Below are positions 23,531 through 33,840 of a stretch of DNA of 64,000 nucleotides, one piece after another. Below the pieces are notes generated by a model. That model was not told where the DNA came from and did not search any database. It saw only the letters and a list, made by a program, of their open reading frames with translations. Position 1 is the stretch's first letter, and each line of letters opens with the position of its first letter. A program made the translations under genes and the position numbers. The stretch lies in NCBI GenBank assembly GCA_964106915.2, contig OZ066915.1. One strand, written 5' to 3'. This DNA comes from Podarcis gaigeae. Taxonomy: Eukaryota.

Positions 23531-23962
23531 GTCTCATGCTACCCTCCAGTACATCAGAGTTTCTGGGCATCTGTCTCAGATTTCCCAAAGGATCACTCCA
23601 CAGTGTTGTTTTCCCTTTGGCAACTAGCTGGAGGTTATGACTTGAAGCAATACACAGTCCCTGTTCTTGAGAACCTAAATGCTCTACATTTTTGCACACA
23701 AATCTATGCATGTTGCTGCTGTAGATGCTGTTGAGCTACTGTGAGAATAAACTCTGCCTGCAATCCTATACACTCAGTAAGTTCAATTTATAGCCTGAAG
23801 GTCTTAGCAGTAGCAGTAATTACAGGCAATAACTCCCACTGAGACTAGAGTGACTCAGACCCAAGAATGATGTGTCAGCAGATTCCTTTTGACTGCCATG
23901 GCTTTCATACCAGTCATGCTTTCCCAATCAGCCACAGTAGCTCAGAGAAGGCATACAGCTGG

Positions 23963-24035
23963 GTTTCTGTAGTGTAGTGGTTATCACGTTCGCCTCACAC
24001 GCGAAAGGTCCCTGGTTCGAAACCGGGCAGAAACA
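23963..24035 (+). tRNA. tRNA-Val (CAC)
   Basis: 73-nt GTTTCTGTAGTGTAGTGGTTATCACGTTCGCCT-CAC-ACGCGAAAGGTCCCTGGTTCGAAACCGGGCAGAAACA; cloverleaf intact; T6 Pol III terminator at 24048-24053. Confidence 0.95.
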
Positions 24036-26155
24036 GCCTTACATACATTTTTTGCCTTTACATTAATAGAGACTGCAGACCAAGACTTCATTGAAGTTGA
24101 TAAGTTAAAAAGAGTCTGTTTTATCTCCCACCTCCCATTTGTAAATTCATTAACCAACAAAATAAGTCTGTTTTGTTTCAAAGTAGGATTTTGTGCTGAT
24201 ACTGAGAAATTAAATGCTTGTGGCTTGAAAGCCCATTAAATTTTGGAGAAGTTCAGAGAAAACTGAATAAAGTGTGTGACTTGATTTTTTAAATTTTTTA
24301 TTAAATTTTTTATTTTTGTATAAAATCATACAAACTTTAACCTGTAGGTTTATTGCTTGTTCACAATCAAGTCTGAATATTATATCCAAACTGGCAGGTA
24401 TGTCCATTCATTCAAGTGATCACTCATTGTTTCAGACATCCATACTCTAACAGTACTATTCATATTTTGTAAGTCCCATTTACTCAATGCAGATAAAACT
24501 TCATTGAAATCAATAGGTTTTACTTCAGGGTAGTTGTGGAGGACTGTGCTGAAAGGCTGCAGTCTTATGCACACTTACCTGGGAGTAAGCTCCACTGGAT
24601 ACATGGGACATGTTTGTGTGTGTGTTTTCTGTGCGTTATTCATTAAACTCTGGTCTAGAATGGGAATGGGGAATATGGGATTCTCCAGACGTTGTTGGAC
24701 AACCCCCCAAAAAAAATTTCATTTATGAATCACTAGCTTCAGCTTCTGGGTCACCCTGAAGTGCAGCCCTGCATGCAGCACATTGCAGTAATCCAGTCTG
24801 GAGATTTCCAGTGCATTGACAACAGTAGTCAAGACTATCGCTGTTCAGAAACAGCCATAGCTATCTTACCTACCCAAACTGGTAAAATATACCCTTAGCC
24901 ACTGAGGCCACCTTGCAAATAAAGATGGGTCTGCGTGAAACCTCAGACTACAACTCTCTTCAATCCCTCAATATTGGCCATGCTGGTTGGGGCTGATGGG
25001 GATCTATTTTATTTTATTAGATTTATACGCCACCCTTAATCATAAGATTTCAGGGCAGTTCACAGAATAAAATATAGGATAAACAAGTAAATGTTGGAGT
25101 CCAACAACATATGGTGGACAACAAGTACCCCATCAGTAAATTTCAAGCTCAAAAAATGTGGTGTCTCTCCCCCCCCCCTATTTTCTTTCCAGGACACGAA
25201 GGCACAAATTTATACGTGGTTTAAGCCTCCACATCTCAGTAACCTGCAGAGCTGCTGCCAGCCAGTGTCCATAACATGGAGCTATAAAGACCAGTGGCCC
25301 AACTAAGTATAAGGCAGTTTATCTTTTTGGCCTGGAAATGTGATGCTCCTTCTAAAATCCTGCCACCAGACTGGATGCTTTATGGTTCACATGCGTATTA
25401 ATATTTTTGATTTCTGGCTATTGCAGATGCATGTTTTCTGGAAGCCACTCTTGAGAGACTTGCCACTCTTGCATTATAACATTTGAAATAAACAATAAAT
25501 CCGTTGCACTCGGTGGGACCTTCTTCGAATATGTGCAGGATAACACTATTGGTAGTTTTCATGCAGCATTTGCCCAGTAATTAACGTGTCAGGACGGAAT
25601 GCCAAATACAAAAGGGCTACCAATTAAGTATGCATGAAGCTCCATCATCGCGGAATCAAATTTCAGGAGCTCTCATACAGCTCGGCGACTACCTGCTCTA
25701 AACGTTAGCTTAATGTTACCTTCGTCCATTCCCTATTAGGCGTCTCCTGAGCTTCCTCGCACCTGGAAAGTGGGGGATGAGAACCCCCCCCCAAAAAGAC
25801 CCCAATCAGCACATTTAAGAAACAAATGATTAGATACGAGATAGCTAAAAAAACCACCCCGCATCTCTCTCTCTCTTCTCCCGCCCCCCGCCCGCCCCGC
25901 GGTGGTAATATCGAAGCTAGGCATGTAGTCGGCGGGTTCCAAAGCGGACCTGAGTGAAAACTGTCACTATTAAGTTCCTCTCCAACGGTGTGACAGAAGG
26001 AAGGCGGGGGTGGGGTGGGGGAGAAGAGACGGACATATGCAAATTTGTTCTTTTACGTCAGCCTCACCACACTATATATACCCTGATGCCCGGCTTATTT
26101 CTCAGTGGCGCTCCGGACAGCTGGCAGCGCGCTGTCTTCGCGGGAGGGTGGAAGG

Positions 26156-26791
26156 ATGGGTCGCGGAAGGCGGCCGGGATCACGGCAGGGAAAGCGTCAA
26201 GGAACTCGGCGGCAGGGAAGGCGTCAAGCAACCCGGCAGGGAATCCGACAGGGAAGCCCCGTACTTCACACCGAGGCAGAAGGCTCGAGCGCCCCTCCGC
26301 CTGCAACTATTTCCGAACCGTCCACCTCTGAATCCTCGGGGAGAGGAAAGAAGCGCCTTTCCGGCCCTTTGTCTCAGCTTATCCTGAAGGCTTTCGAGGG
26401 CTCCAGCTCGCGGAAAGGCGTGTCGCTGGCAGCCCTGAAGAAATTCCTCAGGGAAGGAGGCTACAACCTGAACAGGAACAAAAATAGCCACCTCAAACGG
26501 GAGCTGCATAAACTGGTATCGAATGGGGTCTTGATCCGCTTAACCGGCAGCGGCGCTTCGGGATCCTTCAAGCATGGCGGGAAAACCCTGCCGAAGAAAT
26601 CTGCCAAGCCTGAGGCGAGGAAAGTGAAGAAAACGGCGGCTGCCCACAAAAGGCCGGCGTCGGGTAGCAGGGAGCCGAGAAAGAAGTCGCCGAAGAAACA
26701 GCCGGCCGTTTCTAAACCGAAAGGTGTCCGAAGTAGTAGAAAGACAGCCGTCCCTGGCAGGAGACGCAGCTCGACAAGCATTCAACGGTGA
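26156..26791 (+). CDS. Intronless histone H1-like protein (211 aa) with Arg-rich RQG-repeat N-terminus
   Basis: H15 globular domain LSQLILKA..RKGVSLAALKKFL..GYN..LHKLVSNGVLIRLTGSGASGSFK; K/R-rich tail with SPKK; TATA at 26073-26080; first ATG 26156; histone stem-loop downstream. Confidence 0.85.
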   Translation: MGRGRRPGSRQGKRQGTRRQGRRQATRQGIRQGSPVLHTEAEGSSAPPPATISEPSTSESSGRGKKRLSGPLSQLILKAFEGSSSRKGVSLAALKKFLREGGYNLNRNKNSHLKRELHKLVSNGVLIRLTGSGASGSFKHGGKTLPKKSAKPEARKVKKTAAAHKRPASGSREPRKKSPKKQPAVSKPKGVRSSRKTAVPGRRRSSTSIQR

Positions 26792-26844
26792 AAGGTTCTT
26801 AAATACAGAGAAAACCCGGCAGTTTACTTTAATATCTTTAAAAA

Positions 26845-26884
26845 GGCTCTTTTAAGAGCCACTCAAGACTCGCTGAAAGAGCTG
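26845..26884 (+). terminator. Histone 3' stem-loop plus histone downstream element (U7 site)
   Basis: AAAA-GGCTCT-TTTA-AGAGCC-AC at 26845-26860; AAAGAGCTG at 26876-26884. Confidence 0.92.
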
Positions 26885-28208
26885 CTGCATTTCCAGATTA
26901 AAAGCGCGCTGCTTAAAGACCTCTGAAGTGCTTTGCCTATTAGTACTGCTCATCTGACATCTGGTTTTCTCGCCTTGGTAGTTTTAGATTAGGTGTAATC
27001 GAAAGGCTAAATAGGATGGTGGTAATAAAAACCGAGAGAGCTGTGGTGTGGAAACTCCTTCGGTGGCTTTTCTTCGTGGAAAGTTGGATGAGGTTTAATA
27101 AAGACTCAGGTGTTAAGAGCCAGGATGGTGTGGCTGATGGTCTGTCTGGCCATATAGACATATCATCATCTCAGCCTAGCCCACCAGACAGGGTTGTTGC
27201 ATGGAAAAAACACTGAAAGTTCGGGCTAATCCAGTATTAATCCATAAAAATACCTTTCTTGTTTATCTCCTTATTTTTGCACATTCTACCAAAAAAAATA
27301 AAAAAAATAAGCAGAGAGCCACAATCCAATTTATGCGTGTTAAACTAAAGACTGGGTTACAGAGATGCTTCAGCTTAATTCAGTTTTAACAAAATATTGA
27401 TTTGTACCTTTAAATATATATTAATCCAAATCTCAGCACAGCATTGTAAAAAGAAGCATGGGCACAGCCAGGATTTATGTTGGGAGACAGGACACTCACT
27501 AGTCATCCCCTGTCTAGCAGATTCAGAATGAAATGTCTGAACGACAGTTGTTTTAAGTTACGTTCTTTTGACCCCAAGTGCTCAGAAAATTCTGTAAAAT
27601 TGCTGCAATATCTACTTTTAGTTAAGTATTTTTATTTATTTACTTGCTTGGTTTTTTTTGGGGGGGGGGGCAACTGTCTCCCCTGCCCTCCCTGGCTACA
27701 CCCATGAAATGAAGACACACTGGCTTTATTTCTGACAACCAAAAAAATCCTCTCCAAACCACAGCCTTTTGAAAATGGTCATTTCCAATATCAGTAGACA
27801 AAAGTAAAAAAAAAGTAATTAGAGAAGTGGGAAGGAGACTAGTTATTAGCCCTGTACTTTTGTTCCAAATATTATATAATTACCGTAACTACAAGGTTTA
27901 GCTCAGCTGGTAGAGCATGAGATTCTTGATTTTGGGGTAATAGGTTTGAGCCCCACGTAGGGGAAGATTCCTGCATCGCAGGGGGTTGGAATGAATGACC
28001 CTCATGATCCCTTCCAACTCTACAATATCCATAAAATAAAATCTGAAACACGTGCAGCAGCAGAATCCTATACATACAGGCAAAGATTTAAATGGAACTT
28101 CCAAGCAAGTGGGTGTACAATTGCAGCTAAAGGGACTTTTCACTCATCAGTTATGGAAAATGAGTCCTCAACACTATTTCTGTTCCAGCACTTAGAAAGA
28201 TTTGGATT

Positions 28209-28676
28209 GGCTCTGAAAAGAGCCTCTGGGTTTTCTGACACCATGCAGAGAAATGTCCTCATTGTCCTTTGACAGGGACATGACCGGATTTTACTGTCGC
28301 ACTGGAAGATCCAGCAGCTTCACCACTGCTTGTGTTCATCTTTTCAGTTTTGTTAACAGTAGCAAAGCTTGAACATCACCCTGCACAACGGCAACTCCTT
28401 CTACCAGTTTCTGCAGCTCCTCATCATTCTGCACAACAGGATGGATGTGGTGTAGGATAATTCACTGCTTTTAGCCAGCCAGCTCCAGGATTTCAGCACT
28501 GAGATATTCCAGGACTGCAGCCAGATAAACAGGGGCTCCTGCTCCAATTTGCTTTGCATACTTCCCTTTCTGAAGCAGCCTCTGTACTCTAACCACTGGA
28601 AAAGGCAACCTTGCCCTTGTGGACTGAGTCCTTGTCTTGACTCTCATTTCCCCCCAGTCGTGCCACAAGCAGACAC
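28209..28676 (-). pseudogene. Histone H2A pseudogene with retained stem-loop
   Basis: [39 protein letters not shown] then ..QNDEELQKL..; start is GTG, frameshift near codon 10, stops and deletions; GGCTCTTTTCAGAGCC at 28224-28209; CCAAT boxes at 28791-28842. Confidence 0.88.
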
Positions 28677-29029
28677 AATTCTTCTTTCCATCCTCCTCTA
28701 CAGCAAAAGCACCATGTGAATGTTATGGCTTCAAAGTGCCTCATTCATTGACTGAAGTGGGGCAGGGAGGGAATAAGCCTGCCTAAATCTGATTGGTCAA
28801 GGCCTGTAAACCAATAAGGAAAGAGATTCTGATATCTCCAATAAGGAAAAAAGGGCACATTATTCTCATTGAGAACTATCAAGTCTGTGTTCATATATTT
28901 ATTTATAAAGTCATTTGCACTGTGTACTGCTTTTCATTTAAAAAAAACCCAAAGCAGATTACAATAACCATGCACATATACAATTAAAAAAAAACCCATA
29001 GAAATTTAAAAACAAGAGATCTTCAGCTA

Positions 29030-29430
29030 TTGTATACCTGAAGGAGCGTCTCCACCCCCATTATTCAGCCCGGACACTGAGGTCCAGCGTTGATGGCCTT
29101 CTGACAGTTCCCTCATTGCAAGAAGTGAGGTTACAGGGAACCAAACAGAGGGCCTTCTTAGTAGTGGCACCTGCCCTGTGGAACGCCCTCCCCTCAGATG
29201 TCAAGGAAATAAGCAGCTATCCTGTTTTTAAAAGACATCTGAAGGCAGCCCTGTTTAGAGAAGTTTTTAATATTTAATGCTGTATTGTTTTTAACACTCG
29301 ATTGGGAGCTGCCCAGAGTGGCTGGGGAAACTCAGCCAGATAGGTGGGGTATAAATAATAAAATTATTATATATTATTATATTATATTATATTATATTAT
29401 ATTATATTATATTATATTATATTACTATTG
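29030..29430 (+). mobile_element. L2-like LINE 3' fragment with (ATATT)n tail
   Basis: RTLRSS..APALWNALPSDVKE..FKRHLKAALF motif. Confidence 0.75.
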
Positions 29431-30255
29431 CAGAAATATATTTTCTTAATTGTCTGCAGAAGCTTGGTGGGATAGAATAGTTTTCAGCATATGTTTAAAG
29501 GTTAAATCAGAAGGTGCTTGCTGAATCTCTGTTGGGAGAGTATCCCACAGGAAGGGGCAGTGTTTCAAGTCACTCAGTTTTGTGTAACTATGAGGTTAGC
29601 CTTGCCAACTTGTGGAATGACCAATGATGCTCCAGCAGGTGATCTTGGTGATCAAGCTGGGATATAAGGTGTCAGTCAGGCGGTGGTGTCTAAGGTATCC
29701 CTGGACCTAAACTGTTCAGGGCTTTGTAAATTGATATAAGGACCCTGAGCCTGGCTTGTAGTGGATGTGTCACATGTTGTCAGGTATGTGCCTTCATCAT
29801 CAGCCTAGCTTCTGCCTTCTGCAACATGCTGGAGCTTCTGAACCAGGTCCAAGGGCAGCCCAATGTAGAGCATGTTGCAGGAATCCAGCCACAATGTTGT
29901 CAACACATGGACTACAGTGGATGGGTGGCGTACAATTTTATTATTATTATTATTGTTGTTATTTCATTTTTTTAAAAAAATATTCTTATACACTCATATA
30001 ATTTTCAATTTCTACACTTATGGGATTACTTAGATCCCTTGAACTCCCCCCCCCCCCCCCCCGGTTTCCAATTACATTTTTCTAATCCATTTTATCTCCT
30101 TTTTTACCTTAACTCGTATTACAAATGTTACAACAATCCTGCTAACGTTTTTTAGTATCTACAGTGGTCTTTAAGATATTCTATAAACTTTTCCTACTCT
30201 TGACTAAAATTTTTATCATCTTGGTGCCTGATCTTTGCCATTTCAGCGTAGTTGA

Positions 30256-30304
<49 letters not shown>

Positions 30305-30769
30305 TTCATCATCATCATTCTGTGATCAGGCTAAGAACCACTATTGATAAGAACCAATGCAAGTTCATGTACAAGATACAAGTAGTTTAGCCTACATTTC
30401 CAGGCAAAACCTTCTGTTTTGGGTTTTGCATACAGATGCATACAGTACAGATTTTCCTCTTTCCGCGGTCTCAGATATAGCCTTTTGATCAGTAATTCCA
30501 ACTGTTTAAAATGGCAGAAAGAAAAGAGAAACCAAAATTATCAGGGAGCAGGAACAACTCTTCCCACAAGGAAACGGTACAGCTTTCAATGCCTTTGTAG
30601 TTTAGAAAAAAAAAGGGAGCAAAGGGAAACATGAATCATAGAGCAGGGGTTGCCAACTTTTTTGGACCAATGGACACACTTTAAATTTTGAGTGTGTGCT
30701 GGGGGCGTCTGTCACCAAATAGCTGCCGTGGGGAGTATGACATAGCACAAATTTAGAGTCGCCCACAGC

Positions 30770-30937
30770 CAGTGGCGTAGCATGGGTTGTCAGCACCCGG
30801 GGCAAGGCAAGTAATGTACGCCCTCTAACCCATGGATTTGCGCCCCCTAACCCGTGGATTTGCGCCCCCTAACCCTAACCCCAGGTGTTGCGCCCGGTGC
30901 GGCCGGCCCCCCCTGCACCCCCCACGCTACGCCACTG
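30770..30937. mobile_element. Short GC-rich hAT element ('empty' version of 57149-57919)
   Basis: TIR CAGTGGCGTAGC/GCTACGCCACTG; perfect 8-bp TSD CCCACAGC; internal GCGCCCCCTAACC repeats. Confidence 0.85.
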
Positions 30938-31216
30938 CCCACAGCAGCTACCTTAGACTTACTATGGGAATTGTCCTAATTGTGACACTCATACAATATT
31001 GATTTTATTGATTTATTAAATTTATACACCACGCTTTTCTTCCAAAGAACTCACAGTGGTGTATGTGGTTCCCGTCCCCAAATTTCATCTTCCCCACAAC
31101 CCTGTAAGGTGGGTTTAGCTAAGAGACAATGACTGGCCCAAGGTCGCCCAGTGAATTTCATGACTGAGTGTTGATCCAAACCATGGTCTCCCAGGTCTTT
31201 GTCTGACACGCTAACC

Positions 31217-31463
31217 CATGGGTAGGCAAACTAAGGCCCGGGGGCCGGATCCGGGCCAACCGCCTTCTGAATCCGGCCCGCGGACAGTCCGGGAATCAGC
31301 ATGTTTTTACATGAGTAGAATGTGTCCTTTTATTTAAACTGCATCTCTGGGTTATTTGTGGGGCATAGGAATTCGTTCCCCCCCAAAAAATATAGTCCGC
31401 CCCCCCCACAAGGTCTAAGGGACAGTAGACCGGCCCCCTGCTGAAAAAGTTTGCTGACCCCTG
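31217..31463. mobile_element. hAT-type MITE (8155 family)
   Basis: Same TIRs and interior; 8-bp TSD CGCTAACC/CTCTAACC. Confidence 0.8.
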
Positions 31464-32224
31464 CTCTAACCATTATGCTACAATGGCAGAAATGTGTATA
31501 CACTGATAGCAACAGGGAGCATTCCTCAGTATCAGGGAAAATAGTCACCTCTCTCATTTCACCGAACGTACTTAGAAGTTACTTGTGCTATTGCAACCAG
31601 CCAAGGAAGTTGCCGGTACCTCCAAGACACAGGGCAAAAAGGATGTGTTGGAAGGATTCGCAGCAAATCCCTGAAACTCAAGAATCCTTAAACACCATTA
31701 TAACTCATTATTTTAAAACAAGCAATCTGAGTGGATGTGTTTCCTCCGTTTCCTTGCGGCAAGCAGCTACCATTGTTAAAGCTCTGGCATGTTTAACGGG
31801 GGGGGGGGGCAGGGGGCATTCCTTGCAATAATAAAAGCAACGGAGACTGAGTACTGATAGATGGTACCTAAATGGCAACCCAGAGACCACCAAGCTTTTA
31901 GGGCCAGTGTGCCCATTTGGAATGTCAGGAGAGCGCAACGGGCGGCAGCCACAAAATGGCTGCGAGGGAGTGTGTGGCATAGCACAAAATGGCTGCCACT
32001 TCTGAAAGAAGAGGATGAGGGGAGACAGGACTGCAAAATGGTGTGGGCAAACCCTAGGGCTGCCACCTGCCCCTAGAAAAACATGGTTGTCTTTTGGGGG
32101 GGGGGTGGAGCCGGAAGTGTGAAAGGAAGGGGTTTGCATGGGCCTGGTCTGTGCAGTGGAGAGTGAGGGCAGGGGAGAGATATTTTCATACCCTCCAACA
32201 TTTCTCTGATGAAAATAGGGACTA

Positions 32225-32267
<43 letters not shown>

Positions 32268-32859
32268 TTCTCCCTCCCATCTGACTGTGTTGGTCTAGTT
32301 GCTCTGGGCAGCTTCTAACATATATAAAAATAGAACATTAAACATATTTTTTTAAAAAACCTTCCTTATACAGTGCTTCCTTCAAATGTCTTCTAAAGGT
32401 TGTATAGTTACTTATCGCCTTGGCTCGGGGGTCACTTAACTCCATACCGTCCAACAATTCTCCGATGAAAATAGGACGTCCTTCCATGCCCTCCAATATT
32501 TATCAGGCAAAAATAGGGATGTCCTAAGGAAAAGTGGGACATTCTGGGATCAAATCAGAAACCAGGATGGTTTCTGTAAATCTGGGACTGTCCCTGGGAA
32601 ACAGGGACACTTGGAGGGTCTGCAGGCATCTGTGGGGCTGCAGTGAGAACTCTTTGGAAGTGGCCATGGCTTTGAATCGAAACCTATGAATAGATAAAAT
32701 ACTCTGGCTCATAAGACAGTAAAACCACTCTTGCAGGCTGCTTGTTTGGGCTTATTAGTTATCTTTATTGAATTTTACATAGTTCTGAAAAAAGACACAC
32801 ATCTATATTAGCAAAATGCAACCTTTCTAAGGCCTTTCCTGCCTTGGGCTTTGGTACTG

Positions 32860-33840
32860 CTATCTCCTTCGCCTAGCTCTGCGCTTGGGCCTTTGTGGGG
32901 GAAACGTAGCTTTCCCCTTGGGGCTTTGTTCTTTGGCAGAGGAAACATCTCTGCTCCTGCTGAATCTTGTTTTCTTTGCACTGGGTGTTTCCTTGCTGTA
33001 GGGCTTCCCCACACCTTTCGGAGAGGCTGTGCTGTTGCTCTTAGAAGACCTTGACCTTTCCGAAGTGCTTTTGCTGCTAGCCCTTTTCGATTTCTCCGCA
33101 GAGGCAGGCCTGCTCCTGAGGTTCCTGGTGGTCTTCAAAGCAGACGCAACATTGCTGCTGGAACAGCCCTGACCTTCGGCTTTGCTATCCGAGTTGTCGG
33201 ACGTGCTAGAAGCAGCTTTTTGGGCTAGCCTCTGTGACCTCCGGGCAGTGCCATTTTTCCTGGGGCATCGTCTCCTCCTGTTGGAGATTCGTAGTTTCTG
33301 GTGAGCCTCTCTCGTCGTATCCGCAGAGCTCTTGGCTCCCTCCACTTCTCCTTTCGTTTTTGTGCCAGTGCGTGTGCCATACCTTCGCCCAACTCGGACT
33401 TTCCTTGCCCCTGCAGTCCTTTTGGGGTTTTCAAATATTTTGCTGGCCTTGCTCTGGTGCTTCCTGATGACGAAAAACTTTGAGCCATCGCTGTGAGTCA
33501 TGCGCACCACAGCGCCTTTCAACACCAGGGCGTGCATTTTCCTCTGAGTTCTGGGGCTTTGCCTCCTCACATTGTAGCCCTTGGCGCTGAGGACTTCCTT
33601 CAGCTCTGTGAGGGTGAGGCCGTTCGACGCACTTGCGGCAATCGCTTGCACAACGAGCCCTGAGATATTAGGGAGGGGCTTGACGGTCTTACCAGGATTC
33701 AAGCTTCTCCTCCTTTGCATTGACCTCGTAATTATTGACGACTTTTCGGGGAAACGAGTTTCTCCTCTCTTGCCTCGGCCTGGCCTCTTTCTCCTAGGAA
33801 CTGGGGCCTGTGTTCCTCCAGGCGTCATAACCTCAATCAT
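32860..33840 (-). CDS. Intronless H1-related, protamine-like (sperm nuclear basic protein-like) protein, 326 aa
   Basis: Divergent winged-helix PNISGLVVQAIAAS..GLTLTELKEVLSAKGYNV..MHALVLKGAVVRM..GS.FFVI; long R/K/S-rich tails ending RPKRRARRRR; TATAAA 33944-33939; AATAAA 32769-32764; first ATG 33840 with A at -3. Confidence 0.75.
   Translation of the reverse strand: MIEVMTPGGTQAPVPRRKRPGRGKRGETRFPEKSSIITRSMQRRRSLNPGKTVKPLPNISGLVVQAIAASASNGLTLTELKEVLSAKGYNVRRQSPRTQRKMHALVLKGAVVRMTHSDGSKFFVIRKHQSKASKIFENPKRTAGARKVRVGRRYGTRTGTKTKGEVEGAKSSADTTREAHQKLRISNRRRRCPRKNGTARRSQRLAQKAASSTSDNSDSKAEGQGCSSSNVASALKTTRNLRSRPASAEKSKRASSKSTSERSRSSKSNSTASPKGVGKPYSKETPSAKKTRFSRSRDVSSAKEQSPKGKATFPPQRPKRRARRRR

Noticed and set aside
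26105-26155. GTG-initiated N-terminal extension of the H1-like ORF
   Set aside because: Lies at about the expected TSS, 25-30 nt after the TATA box; ATG 26156 is the plausible start
30820-30885. CCCTAACCCTAACCC telomere-like motif and short spaced repeats
   Set aside because: Internal subterminal repeats of a hAT element with TIR and TSD; not an interstitial telomere or CRISPR-like array
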